NCBI GenBank assembly: GCA_043819135.1
Contig: JBDRFG010000033.1
Location: 741-64,740 of the forward strand
Direction of reading: 5' to 3'
DNA from: Candidatus Eiseniibacteriota bacterium
GTDB taxonomy: Bacteria; Joyebacterota; Joyebacteria; Joyebacterales; Joyebacteraceae
DNA: 64,000 bases
Below, piece by piece: positions 44,100 to 54,028 of the stretch (position 1 is the first letter of the stretch; every line of letters starts with the position of its first letter). Under the pieces are notes generated by a model. That model was given only the letters and a program-made list of their open reading frames with translations, was not told the origin of the DNA and searched no databases. The position numbers were made by a program, and so were the translations under genes.

Positions 44100-44825
44100 A
44101 TGACCGGCGAAGCTGACAAGACTCGCGCGGCCGGCCCTATGGGCGGGTCTTCCGCCATGAGCAGGTTGGTCCGGGCGGTGGTTGTACTTCTGGTAGTCGG
44201 CTGTTCCACGAGCGCATCCGCGGACTCCGACGCCGGATTCACGATCGCTCAGCTCAAGTACCGCGGCGGGGGCGACTGGTACGCCAATCCTACGGCACTT
44301 CCGAATCTCCTCGCCGGGATCTCGAGCCGCACCGACCTTGAGGTCGCGCGGAGACCGGCCACCGTCGCGCCCGATGACGACGAGCTCTTCCTTTACCCGA
44401 TGATACACATGACCGGCCACGGCAGGGTCGCGTTCACCGATGAAGAGGCAGACGTGCTGCGCGAGTACTTCGAACGCGGCGGATTCCTCTGGGCCGACGA
44501 CAACTACGGGATGGACCGCCATTTCCGCGCCCAGCTCGACCGGGTCCTGCCGGGCGCTCCGCTCGTCGAGCTGCCGTTCGATCACGAGATATTTCATTCC
44601 TTCTACGAATTCCCGGAGGGGCTTCCGAAGATCCACGAGCACGACGGAGGCCCGCCGCACGGGTACGGCGTCTACCTGGATGGCCGAATGGTCGTCTTCT
44701 ATAGCTTCAACACGGACATAGGTGACGGACTGGAGGACGGCGAGGTCCACAACGATCCGCCCGAGAAGCGCGAGGCCGCGCTCAGGATGGGCGTCAACAT
44801 CGCCGTCTACGCACTGTCCCACTGA
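44100..44825 (+). CDS. DUF4159 domain protein
   Basis: FTIAQLKYRGGGDWYANPTALPNLL...LFLYPMIHMTGHG...GGFLWADDNYG matches my recollection of DUF4159. An alternative start at ATG 44157 gives a lipobox-like VVGC. Confidence 0.65.
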   Translation: MTGEADKTRAAGPMGGSSAMSRLVRAVVVLLVVGCSTSASADSDAGFTIAQLKYRGGGDWYANPTALPNLLAGISSRTDLEVARRPATVAPDDDELFLYPMIHMTGHGRVAFTDEEADVLREYFERGGFLWADDNYGMDRHFRAQLDRVLPGAPLVELPFDHEIFHSFYEFPEGLPKIHEHDGGPPHGYGVYLDGRMVVFYSFNTDIGDGLEDGEVHNDPPEKREAALRMGVNIAVYALSH

Positions 44826-44871
44826 CGGGACGGCGGCTGGCGGAAGCCTCGACCTGGTGGTCGGCGGTCCG

Positions 44872-44895
44872 CACTCCCCCCCCGGGGGGGGAGTG
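44872..44895. repeat. perfect 24-nt palindrome CACT-C8-G8-AGTG
   Basis: Read directly from the sequence. It is intergenic, 47 nt after the DUF4159 stop and 23 nt before the next start. Confidence 0.95.
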
Positions 44896-44917
44896 AACGG
44901 GACTGTCGGGAGACGAA

Positions 44918-47900
44918 GTGAACGCGCACAACGCAGAGCATGGACACAGGGAGCTTGTTCGCCGCATCAGCGCGGCGGGCGACCGATGGAAGAGACAGAC
45001 GGCGCTGGTCGGACTGCTGTGTCTTGCCTCGGCAATGATCGGCGCGCTGACGCTGCTCGTTGTCCTCGAGGCCAGGATTGGCCTGCCGCCTGACGTCCGC
45101 GTCGCGTGGCTCGCTGGAGCCCTGCTGTTACTCCTCGCCGGCGCCTGGTTCTGGGTGGCCCGCCCTCTCGTGCGGTACGTCGATGCCGTGGATCTCGCGG
45201 CCAGGGTCGAGGAACGGCTTCCGGAGCTGGGCGAGCGTCTGGAATCGTCGGCGGAACTCTGGGAGAAACGAGGCACGGGGCGTCACGGATACTCCATCGA
45301 GCTGATCGACGCGCTGATACTGAGGACTGTCGCCGAGGCGGCCGGGGTGGAGTTCCGCATCGCGCCGCGCCCCGAGCACACACGGCGCGTCGTAAGGGTT
45401 TCGGTGGGCGTGATACTGGTCGCGGCGGCGGGGCTGGCCGTGTTGGGGTCGAGCCTTCAGCCGGCGCTCGCGCGGCTCAAGCACCCTCTCCATGTGCCGG
45501 ACGCGCCCGTCGTGCGGTTCCGCGTGGAGCCCGGCAACGTGACGCTCGTCTCAGGCGACGACCTGAATGTGACGGCCTCGATAGAAGGAACGTTCCGGGG
45601 GCTCCCGACGCTCGCGTTCGAATTCGACGGTGAGGCGCCCTCCACGAGGGAGATGACGCCCAGCGAGATCATGGCCGTAAGGGAGACGGGGTTCCCGGTA
45701 AAGGCCACGCTGTCGGACATCCGTTCGCGCCTGGTCTACTCCGTGATGGCCGGTGGCCACTCGTCGCAGACGTACACCGTCTCGGTCGTGGAGTACCCGT
45801 TCGTCACGAACATTCGTCTCGACTACGAATTCCCCCGATACAGCGCGCTCCTGCCGCGAACGGTCGATGAGAACAGCGGCGACATCACAGCGCTTCGCGG
45901 CACGAGCGTCGGCGTGACCGTCACGGCGAGCAAGCCCATCGCCAGCGCGGAGTTGGTCGTGGACGGCGGCGACAGGATTCCGATGTCGAGTCTGTCACCC
46001 CGTTCGTTCGCGGCGACCGTCACTGTTCGAACCGATGTCGGCTACTCCATTGAGCTGGAGGACGCCGACGGCCTCGCGAACCCTGACCCCCCGAGGTACT
46101 CCATCGTCGCCATCCGCGACGAGCATCCTCTCGTGAAGATCGTCCAGCCCGGCGCCGACGGCGAGGCGCCCAGGGGCATGGTCCTCCCGGTCGTCATGTC
46201 TGCCATCGATGACTACGGCATCTCGACCCTGTCGCTTCGCTATTCCCTCGAGGGTTCTTCGGAGGAGGGAATAGTCAGACTGGAAGAACCGGGCGTGGCC
46301 GGACCACGTGAGCTCATCCGAGAGACGGCCTGGGATCTCTCCGAGACGGGTCTTCTCCCGGGGCGCTCGCTCGTCTACTACGCGGAGGTCACCGACAACG
46401 ACCAGGTGATGGGCCCGAAATCCTCGCGCAGCGAAAGCTACATCGTCCGCTTTCCCTCGATGTCGGAGCTCTACAGCGACGTCCAGGGCGAGCACGACGA
46501 CATCGCGTACGAACTGGGCGAGCTGCTCGAGGAACAGCAGGTGCTCAGAGAGCAGTTCGAGGACATGCAGGAGGAGATCAGAAGCGAACCCGAGATCGAT
46601 TGGCAGGAAGAGGAGCAGGTAAACGATGCGCTCGAGCGGCAGGAGGAGCTCGCGGATGACGTCGTGCGCATGGCGGACCGGCTGAGCGACCTCACGGATT
46701 CCATGAGCGAGACGGACCGCATCACCATCGAGACCATTGAGAAGGTCGACGAGATACGGAGGTTGATGGAAGAGGTCGCTACCGAGGAAATGCGGGAACT
46801 CCTCGAGTCCATCCGCGAGGCGATGGAGCGGGTGAGCCCAGAGGATGTCAGCGAGGCGATGGAGAACCTCTCCATCACCCAGGATGACTACCTCAAGCGA
46901 CTCGAGCAGACGCTCAACCTGCTCAAGCGCGCGAAAGCCGAGCAACAACTTGCGGACATCGCGGACCGCGCGGAGGATCTAGCCGCCCGTGAGGAACGAC
47001 TGGCTCGCGAGGCAGAGCAGTCCAGCGGCGACTCCCAGTCGGGGGCGCTCGCCGAGGAACAGCAGAAGCTCCAGGACGAGTTGGACAAGCTGAAGGAAGA
47101 CCTCGCGCGGGCGATCGAAGAGATGAGCAGGGTCGACGCCTCGGCCGCGCGCGAGATGGCGGAGGCCGCCGCGGAGATGGAGGCCTGCAAGATTTCGGAG
47201 AAGATGGAGCAGGCGCGATCTAAGCTCGCAGAATCCAAATCGTCCGAGGCGTCCGAGATGTGTCAGTCGGCGGCGAACGACCTCATGGCGCTCTTCACCA
47301 GGCTCTCGTCCTGCCAGGGCGGCATGTCCTGCAGTCTCCAGAAGCGCGACCGCGAAGCGACGCTCAGGGCCATCGATGAACTCCTCGGCGTGTCGTCGGA
47401 GCAGGAGGAGATAGTGACGGCGGTCGACCGGCGCCGCAGGATCCCTCGGCCCGAACTTGTGGAACTCGTCGCCAAGGAGGCTGACCTCGTCGATGCGATG
47501 TCTGCCATAGCGAACCGAATGTTCCAGGTTTCGAAGGACTCCTTTGTTATCGATCCAGGTATCTACCGCTCGTTCGGCGTCGTGCAGATGGCGATGACCA
47601 GGGCCGCGTCGCACATCGCCTCCGGGGGGTCGGCGGCCGGTCACAAGGAGGCGCGCGCCGCGCTCGGCAGCGTCAACGCGCTCATCGTCAGTCTCCTGAC
47701 GTCCAACCGGAGTTCGTCCGGGGCCGCCGGCGGCGCGATGAATCAGTTGATGCAGCGGCTCCAGCAGATGGGCGAAGAGCAGTCGAGGCTCAACGACATG
47801 ACCGAGGCGCTCCGCCGACAGATGGAGCAGCTCGGCATGAGCGCGGGAATGGAGCGCCAGCTCGCGGAGATGAAGGGCCTGCAGGAGAGTATTCTCGATG

Positions 47901-48307
47901 AGGCCAGGCGACTGGCCGAGGAGTTCGGAAGCCGCAGGGAGATCCTGGGCAGGCTGGACGACACCGTCGAAGAGATGGAGGGTACGCTCGAGGAGATGGA
48001 GAGAAGCGGAGCGTCCCAGGAAACCGTAGATCGACAGAAGAGGATCCTCTCCCGTTTGCTCGACGCGCAGCGGTCGCTCAGGCGTCGGGACCACACACGC
48101 GAGCGGACATCCGAGACCGCGGAGAACTACGTCCGAACGGGACCCGACGAGCTGTCGTCCGACGTCGAGAGGGTCACGCAGGAACTCCGTGAGGACCTTC
48201 TGCGGGCGATGCAGCGCGGGTATCCGTCCGAGTATCGCGAGTTGATACGCGCTTACTTCCGTGGGCTGACGAACGACGTCGCTGGCGAGGGGGAGGTGGC
48301 GCCATGA
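44918..48307 (+). CDS. large membrane-anchored protein with long acidic coiled-coil C-terminal half (DUF4175-like)
   Basis: 1129 aa. GTG start. Two N-terminal TM helices, a beta-rich middle and ~550 aa of E/R/L-rich heptad-like sequence. The family name is from memory of DUF4159 neighbourhoods. Confidence 0.55.
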   Translation: MNAHNAEHGHRELVRRISAAGDRWKRQTALVGLLCLASAMIGALTLLVVLEARIGLPPDVRVAWLAGALLLLLAGAWFWVARPLVRYVDAVDLAARVEERLPELGERLESSAELWEKRGTGRHGYSIELIDALILRTVAEAAGVEFRIAPRPEHTRRVVRVSVGVILVAAAGLAVLGSSLQPALARLKHPLHVPDAPVVRFRVEPGNVTLVSGDDLNVTASIEGTFRGLPTLAFEFDGEAPSTREMTPSEIMAVRETGFPVKATLSDIRSRLVYSVMAGGHSSQTYTVSVVEYPFVTNIRLDYEFPRYSALLPRTVDENSGDITALRGTSVGVTVTASKPIASAELVVDGGDRIPMSSLSPRSFAATVTVRTDVGYSIELEDADGLANPDPPRYSIVAIRDEHPLVKIVQPGADGEAPRGMVLPVVMSAIDDYGISTLSLRYSLEGSSEEGIVRLEEPGVAGPRELIRETAWDLSETGLLPGRSLVYYAEVTDNDQVMGPKSSRSESYIVRFPSMSELYSDVQGEHDDIAYELGELLEEQQVLREQFEDMQEEIRSEPEIDWQEEEQVNDALERQEELADDVVRMADRLSDLTDSMSETDRITIETIEKVDEIRRLMEEVATEEMRELLESIREAMERVSPEDVSEAMENLSITQDDYLKRLEQTLNLLKRAKAEQQLADIADRAEDLAAREERLAREAEQSSGDSQSGALAEEQQKLQDELDKLKEDLARAIEEMSRVDASAAREMAEAAAEMEACKISEKMEQARSKLAESKSSEASEMCQSAANDLMALFTRLSSCQGGMSCSLQKRDREATLRAIDELLGVSSEQEEIVTAVDRRRRIPRPELVELVAKEADLVDAMSAIANRMFQVSKDSFVIDPGIYRSFGVVQMAMTRAASHIASGGSAAGHKEARAALGSVNALIVSLLTSNRSSSGAAGGAMNQLMQRLQQMGEEQSRLNDMTEALRRQMEQLGMSAGMERQLAEMKGLQESILDEARRLAEEFGSRREILGRLDDTVEEMEGTLEEMERSGASQETVDRQKRILSRLLDAQRSLRRRDHTRERTSETAENYVRTGPDELSSDVERVTQELREDLLRAMQRGYPSEYRELIRAYFRGLTNDVAGEGEVAP

Positions 48308-50148
48308 GGCACGTGGCCACAGGACCGCTTGTTCGCGTGCTCGTGCTGACGCTTGTTGTTGCGGTCGCGTTTCCGACGGCGACGGGCGCGAAGCCCGCCG
48401 AGGGCGAAACTCCCGTCGAAGGAAGCATCCAACGGGCAAGACAGGCGGCGGCGGTGGGCGCCGTCGACGAAGCCATAGAGATCTACATGAAGATTCTCGA
48501 GGACGATCACGGCAACGAACGTGCGTTCTGGGGACTCGTCGGTCTGTACTCATCGGCCGGGATGGAAGAAGCGCTGATAGCGCTCCTGGAGCGGCGTGTC
48601 AGCGAGTACCCTTTCGACACGCAGGCGAAGATGGAGCTGGGCCAGGCCCACGCGAAGACGGGGAATCACGACGTCGCGCACGGGCTCTGGATGGAGGTGC
48701 TCGGGCACGAGAGGGCCGACGTCGGTCAGTACTCGGACATCGGTGCGCTGGAGATCAGACACAGAATGTACGAGCAGGCGCTCGAGACGTTCATGACCGG
48801 ACGGGGAGCTTTCCGCAGCGAGTCGCTCTTCAGTCAGGAACTGACGCAGATCCACACGGCGCTCGGTGACTTCGGCTCGGCGATGGACGAGTGTCTCATA
48901 ACCGTAGACCACCACGGGGGCGCCGTATCGTGGGCAACCAACCGCATCGAGCTCATGATCGAGGAGGGAGCCGGGCGCGGCGACATCCGCGCGAAGATGG
49001 CGGCGGTCGCGGAGGACCGGGAGGCGACGGCTGCGGAACTCGGTCTGGCCGGGAGCGTCTTTCTCGTACTGGATCTGCCCGAGCGCGCGCTTGCGGCGTT
49101 CCTGCGGGCCGACGAGATCTCAGGAGGCCAGGGAACGGAACTTCTGGAATACGCTACCATCCTCAGCGACGACGGACGCAAGGACGAGGCGCGTGACGCG
49201 TATCTGATGGTGGTGGAGCGCCACCCCGGCACGTCGAGTGGGGCGCAGGCCGGGACAGCGGCAGCGCGCCTCATGGCGGAGGCGGGTGACCCCGCCGGCG
49301 CCGTCGCCGAGCTGCGGCAGGTCGCCGACTCGTTCGAGGGTTCGGCCAGAGGGGCGCAGGCGCTTTTCGAGGCGGCGAAGGTGGAGCTGGACGTCCTCGA
49401 TGATCCCGAGGCGGCACTGGCCACGGTCGCGGAGCTCCGCGGCAGGTTCGGTGAGCGCGCTCGCAGGATGAATGACGAGGTGACGCTTGTCGAAGTGGAC
49501 GCCTACATGAAACAGGGGCGGCTCGACGAAGCGTACGAGCGGTCCGCGGGCCTGAACCGCGACGATGTGCCGGACGACATCCGTGAGAGCGCCATGTTTA
49601 CGGGGGGCTTCGTCTCATTCCTGAAGCACGACTACGAGAAGGCGATCGAGGAGTTCCGCGTGATGGTGGAGGCCAACGCGGCGAGCGTGCTCGTCAACGA
49701 TGCCCTGCGTCTCATGCTCGTCATCGCGAACGCTCAGGAGGCGGGTGACGTCGAACCGGTTGATCTGTTGGCGGACGCGCACGCCGCCAGGCTGGCTGGC
49801 GACGCGGAGTCGTCACGGCTTCTTCTTCAGGAACTCGCCGGCAGGAACGACGGTGAGGCCGTGAAGACTGAGGCGCTTCTGCTGTTGGGGGCGGCCGCGA
49901 CGGTGGCCGGCGACCCCGGGCGGGCCATCGAGTATTACGACAGCGTCACCGCTAGTACGGAAGGAGTAACTGCCCGCGCCGAGGCCATGATGAGAAAGGC
50001 CGACATTCTCAGATTGACGCTGGGACGGACGCGCGAGGCCTCGGACCAGTACCTCGCCATTCTCGAGGACCTCCCTGCCAACACGCTTTCGGGTGAGGCC
50101 AGGCGGAAGCTGGACAGGCTGAGACGGGGGGAGGGAGTCGAGGAGTGA
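48304..50148 (+). CDS. tetratricopeptide-repeat protein, secreted
   Basis: ATGA overlap with the upstream gene. Signal peptide (...VAFPTATGA). Repeated A/L/Y/G TPR-like helical hairpins. Confidence 0.65.
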   Translation: MRHVATGPLVRVLVLTLVVAVAFPTATGAKPAEGETPVEGSIQRARQAAAVGAVDEAIEIYMKILEDDHGNERAFWGLVGLYSSAGMEEALIALLERRVSEYPFDTQAKMELGQAHAKTGNHDVAHGLWMEVLGHERADVGQYSDIGALEIRHRMYEQALETFMTGRGAFRSESLFSQELTQIHTALGDFGSAMDECLITVDHHGGAVSWATNRIELMIEEGAGRGDIRAKMAAVAEDREATAAELGLAGSVFLVLDLPERALAAFLRADEISGGQGTELLEYATILSDDGRKDEARDAYLMVVERHPGTSSGAQAGTAAARLMAEAGDPAGAVAELRQVADSFEGSARGAQALFEAAKVELDVLDDPEAALATVAELRGRFGERARRMNDEVTLVEVDAYMKQGRLDEAYERSAGLNRDDVPDDIRESAMFTGGFVSFLKHDYEKAIEEFRVMVEANAASVLVNDALRLMLVIANAQEAGDVEPVDLLADAHAARLAGDAESSRLLLQELAGRNDGEAVKTEALLLLGAAATVAGDPGRAIEYYDSVTASTEGVTARAEAMMRKADILRLTLGRTREASDQYLAILEDLPANTLSGEARRKLDRLRRGEGVEE

Positions 50149-51422
50149 AACGTCCGATGGCTGCTTCGGTCGCCCTGACGCTTTGTGCCGCCACGCTCCT
50201 GCTCGCCAGTGCGGGCGCGCACGGCGCGGCCATGATCCCGATGGACTTGGCCCAGACGGACCACCTCAAGTCGTACGGCGTCGCCTACTGGGCGCTCGAG
50301 AGGGGATACCGCGTCGAGTGGTTGCTCAACTACCGGAGCGGGTCTTTCCTCATCCTCGACGGGCTCGCCGACGTGAGATCGGAGTGCCGCTACAGAGGCG
50401 TCTCGTGGGAGGAGCCTGACGGAGCCGCGCTTGCTCGGATCTACCAGCAGGTTGAGGAGGAGAACATGGAGGTCGTTCTCCTGGAAAAGGCGCCCGCCAT
50501 CGCGCTCTACGCACCCGATAACATCCAGCCCTGGGACGACGCCGTGATGCTCGCCCTGGAGTACGCGGAGATCCCCTACACCATCATCTGGGACGCGGAT
50601 GTGCAGTCCGGTGGTCTGGAAGCGTACGACTGGCTTCATTTGCATCACGAGGACTTCACCGGCCAGTACGGCAAGTTCCACGCTTCCTTCAGGAACGCCG
50701 ACTGGTACAAGGAACAGAAGGTCTACTACGAGCGTCTCGCCCTCGAGCAGGGCTTCCCGTCGGTAAGTGAACACAAGAAGGCCAGCGCGCTCGAGATCAG
50801 GGAATACGCTCGACGAGGTGGGTTCCTCTTCGCCATGTGTTCGGCCACGGACAGTTTTGACATCGCGCTGGCGGCGGCGGGCGTCGATATCGTCGACGTC
50901 CCGTTCGACGGCGATCCTCCGGAGCCGGGCTACCAGGCCAGACTCGATTTCTCCAGGTCGCTCGCGTTCACGGACTTCAATCTACTGCCGAGTCCAAACG
51001 TATACGAATTTTCCGACATCGACATGACAGAGACGGCCGCCCTTCGACCCGAGGAGATCGACTACTTCACCCTGTTCGGGTTCGCGGCTAAGCACGATCC
51101 CGTGCCCGCGATGCTGACTCAGTGCCACGTCAGCGTGGTCAAGGGGTTCATGGGGCAGACGACCAGCTACAGGCGCAGCCTTGTCAAGAACCACGTCACC
51201 GTACTGGCGGACTACCCCGGGCAGAACGAAGTGAAGTACATCCACGGCAATTTGGGGCGCGGGACGTTCACCTTCCTCGGAGGACACGACCCGGAGGACT
51301 ATCGTCACCTGGTCGGCGATCCACCCACGATCCTGTCGCTGCACAAGAGCTCACCAGGATATCGCCTCATTCTTAACAACATCCTCTTCCCGGCCGCGAA
51401 GAAGAAGGAGCGGAAGACGTAA
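50145..51422 (+). CDS. secreted hypothetical protein (possible class-I glutamine-amidotransferase-like fold)
   Basis: GTGA overlap with the TPR gene. Signal peptide (...LLLASAGAHGA). The FLFAMCSATD nucleophile-elbow-like motif is only a weak impression. Confidence 0.5.
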   Translation: MKRPMAASVALTLCAATLLLASAGAHGAAMIPMDLAQTDHLKSYGVAYWALERGYRVEWLLNYRSGSFLILDGLADVRSECRYRGVSWEEPDGAALARIYQQVEEENMEVVLLEKAPAIALYAPDNIQPWDDAVMLALEYAEIPYTIIWDADVQSGGLEAYDWLHLHHEDFTGQYGKFHASFRNADWYKEQKVYYERLALEQGFPSVSEHKKASALEIREYARRGGFLFAMCSATDSFDIALAAAGVDIVDVPFDGDPPEPGYQARLDFSRSLAFTDFNLLPSPNVYEFSDIDMTETAALRPEEIDYFTLFGFAAKHDPVPAMLTQCHVSVVKGFMGQTTSYRRSLVKNHVTVLADYPGQNEVKYIHGNLGRGTFTFLGGHDPEDYRHLVGDPPTILSLHKSSPGYRLILNNILFPAAKKKERKT

Positions 51423-51460
51423 TCGAGTTCCGCGCCCTCCAAACCTGTTGTCTGAGTCCT

Positions 51461-51490
51461 TGAGTAACACTCATCCGGTGGTGTATGATG
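51461..51490 (+). promoter_or_regulatory. candidate sigma-70 promoter
   Basis: TTGAGT-N18-TATGAT, about 85 nt upstream of ATG 51575. Confidence 0.35.
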
Positions 51491-51574
51491 ACCTCCGTCG
51501 GGCGTGTTGTGCAATGTACAGGAGCCCCACGCGGCACGCGTTCGCCGGAGCGACGCGCTACAGGGGAGGCGGCC

Positions 51575-51856
51575 ATGGACGAGCAGGCGTTGTATGAGCG
51601 GGCGAGGAAGAGGGTCGAGGAGATCAAGGGGTTCTACACTCATCTGATGACCTACGTGTTGGTGAACCTGGCGCTCATCGTAATCAACCTGGTCACATCC
51701 CCACGGGATATCTGGTTCTTCTGGCCGCTCTTCGGTTGGGGCATCGGCGTTCTGGCACATGCCGGGTCGGTCTTCGGCCCCGGCAGGTTGTGGAGCTCCG
51801 CGTGGGAAGAGCGCAAGATCAAGGAGCTCATGGAGAAGGAGCGGGCCGGAGAGTAG
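51575..51856 (+). CDS. 2TM-domain membrane protein
   Basis: Frame of track ORF 51485..51856. ATG 51575 is 5 nt after GGGGAGG. The pattern is KGFYTHLMTYVLVNLALIVINL...WFFWPLFGWGIGVLAHA. Confidence 0.65.
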   Translation: MDEQALYERARKRVEEIKGFYTHLMTYVLVNLALIVINLVTSPRDIWFFWPLFGWGIGVLAHAGSVFGPGRLWSSAWEERKIKELMEKERAGE

Positions 51857-51952
51857 CGTAGCTGCCGGTGTCAACCGGTGGAAAGATGGTCATGCCCGTC
51901 ACGCGCGAGTCCAACATGGCCACCGAGCCTGTAATCGTCCCCACGTTCTTCA

Positions 51953-52810
51953 ATGACAAGGTCGTGGCATACGACCTCGGCGGCTAGGATGAGCCCGCGC
52001 GTCTTCCCGATGCAGTGCAAGACCCTGATGACACGGTCGAAGATCCCTTCCATCGACTACGCCATCAACCCGTACCTCGGTTGTGAGCACGGGTGCGTGT
52101 ACTGCTACGCCACGTTCATGGCACGGTTCAGCGACATCGAGGACGAGTGGGGCACGTTCGTCGGTATCAAGGAGAATGCGCCGGACGTTCTGCGCCGGGA
52201 GATTCCCCGCAAGAGGCCCGGCGTCGTCACGTTCGGGACGGTCTGCGACGCCTACCAGCAGGTGGAAGAACGCTGCGGGATCACCAGGGCGTGTCTCGAG
52301 GAGTTCGTCGGCGCCGACGGATTCGAGGTCGGCGTGTTGACCAAGTCGGACCTGGTCGTCAGAGACGTGGACGTTCTTGCGAAGCTCCCGGGCGCGAGCG
52401 TCGGGTTCAGCATCACGTGCCTCGACCGGGAACTGGCGCTGTCCTTCGAACCGCGCGCGCCATCTCCATCCAGACGTCTGGCCGCGATGCGGGAGCTCTC
52501 TCGTGAGGGCGTCTCTGTGTGGGGCTTCTTAGGACCCGTTCTCCCCGGGTTCGCCGACGGTGAGCGTGAGATCAATGAAGTGCTCATGGCGATGACTCAG
52601 GCGGGCGCCACGCGCGTGCTCGTCGACGCGATGAACCTTTACCCCAAGGTCCGAGACAAGGTGCACTCGCTAATCGCAACCGCCTTCCCCGACCGTCTTG
52701 ACGCCTTCCATACTATCTGTCGCGATCACGCGGCCTACCTCTCGGCGCTCTCCGAGAGGGTGGCGGCGGCCGCCGTCGCCGTCGACCTCGAGGTAGACGT
52801 GTGCTTCTAG
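51953..52810 (+). CDS. radical SAM protein (SPL / DNA-photolyase-like, COG1533-type)
   Basis: INPYLGCEHGCVYCYA (CX3CX2C) near the N-terminus, with family-like downstream pattern. The start is ambiguous (ATG 51953, 51989, 52010 or 52028). Confidence 0.7.
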   Translation: MTRSWHTTSAARMSPRVFPMQCKTLMTRSKIPSIDYAINPYLGCEHGCVYCYATFMARFSDIEDEWGTFVGIKENAPDVLRREIPRKRPGVVTFGTVCDAYQQVEERCGITRACLEEFVGADGFEVGVLTKSDLVVRDVDVLAKLPGASVGFSITCLDRELALSFEPRAPSPSRRLAAMRELSREGVSVWGFLGPVLPGFADGEREINEVLMAMTQAGATRVLVDAMNLYPKVRDKVHSLIATAFPDRLDAFHTICRDHAAYLSALSERVAAAAVAVDLEVDVCF

Positions 52811-52844
52811 TGGCCTTATCAGCGTGACTGTGGTTCACTGTAAA

Positions 52845-52875
52845 CGCGCGGGCCTGACGCGGCCCGCGCGATTTC
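52845..52875 (+). terminator. hairpin terminator after radical SAM gene
   Basis: CGCGCGGGCC-tgacgc-GGCCCGCGCG is a perfect 10-bp stem, followed by ATTT. Confidence 0.55.
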
Positions 52876-52946
52876 CGAAAGCGGGCGAATACCAGGCGCC
52901 CCTCCGCGTATCTATTCGTGGATGGCGCCGTCCCGGGGGAGCTTCG

Positions 52947-53594
52947 ATGGTGCGTGATGTTGGGCAAGCCTTGCAGGCTGGGCACGAGCGGAGCGATGCC
53001 GAGCTTGCCTCGACGGCCAAGCGCGGGAACATCGATGCATTCGGCGAGTTGGTCGAGCGCTACAAGGAGAGGGCGTACATGATTGCCCTCGGGTTCGTCG
53101 GGAACCCCGACGACGCGATGGATCTCTCGCAGGAGGCCTTCGTAAAGGCATTCAAGGCCATGCGTACGTTCAAAGACGGAGCGGATTTCTATCCCTGGTT
53201 CTACGCCGTCCTCAGGAATACCTGTTTCAATTTCCTTCGAAGGAGGAAGACCAGAAGAGAGAGTTCGCTGGATGCGGCACAGGAGTACGGGTTCGACGTT
53301 GTAGACGGCGCGCCGGACCCGTCGGTGACCCTCGAACGCAAGGAGATGAGGGCGCTCGTGCGTGCCGAGATCGACAAGCTGGCGCCGGTCCACAGGGAGA
53401 TCCTTCTACTCAGGCACTACGAGCTCCTCTCCTACAAAGAAATGGCGAGGGTGCTCGGGTGTCCGATCGGAACCGTGATGTCGAGGCTGTACGCGGCGAG
53501 ACAAGCGCTCAAGGTCGGACTGACGTGCTACGTGACCGAGGGCGGGGATTCGACATCGGGTGGCGGCGCGGGTGGCGGGCGGGGAGGACGATGA
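52947..53594 (+). CDS. ECF-type RNA polymerase sigma-70 factor
   Basis: Frame of track ORF 52824..53594. ATG 52947 follows GGGGGAG. Region 2 (DLSQEAFVKAF...YPWFYAVLRNTC) and region 4 (LSYKEMARVLGCPIGTVMSRLYAAR) are present. Gly-rich C-terminal tail. Confidence 0.85.
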   Translation: MVRDVGQALQAGHERSDAELASTAKRGNIDAFGELVERYKERAYMIALGFVGNPDDAMDLSQEAFVKAFKAMRTFKDGADFYPWFYAVLRNTCFNFLRRRKTRRESSLDAAQEYGFDVVDGAPDPSVTLERKEMRALVRAEIDKLAPVHREILLLRHYELLSYKEMARVLGCPIGTVMSRLYAARQALKVGLTCYVTEGGDSTSGGGAGGGRGGR

Positions 53595-54028
53595 TGGCGT
53601 GCGTACGATTCAAAGAACTGATGATGGCCAGTCTCGACGGTGAGATCTGCGGATCGGACCGCGAGGAGCTCGAGTCGCATCTGGCCGAGTGCGCCGACTG
53701 CAGACGCGAATTCGAAGAGCACACGAAGCTGACCCGGCTTGTCGGAGAGATCGAACTGCCGGAACCGTCTCGGGAGGACATGATGAAGTATTGGCCGAGT
53801 GTCTATGCAAAGATAGAACGCGGCGCCGGATGGGGCCTCGTCATTATCGGGGCGCTGATCTGGGCCGCCTATGGTGTCTACCTCTTCATTACGGACCCGA
53901 CCACAGGCAGCCTGACGAAGTTCCTGATCGCGCTGCCCGTCGTCGGCGTGCTGATGCTGCTCATCAGCGTTATCCGTGAAAGAGCCAACGTGGGCAGGTC
54001 CGAAAGATACAAGGAGGTCGAGCGATGA
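53591..54028 (+). CDS. anti-sigma factor (zf-HC2) with two TM helices
   Basis: ATGA overlap with the sigma gene stop. HLAECADC (H-x3-C-x2-C) motif. Two C-terminal hydrophobic helices. Confidence 0.75.
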   Translation: MMACVRFKELMMASLDGEICGSDREELESHLAECADCRREFEEHTKLTRLVGEIELPEPSREDMMKYWPSVYAKIERGAGWGLVIIGALIWAAYGVYLFITDPTTGSLTKFLIALPVVGVLMLLISVIRERANVGRSERYKEVER

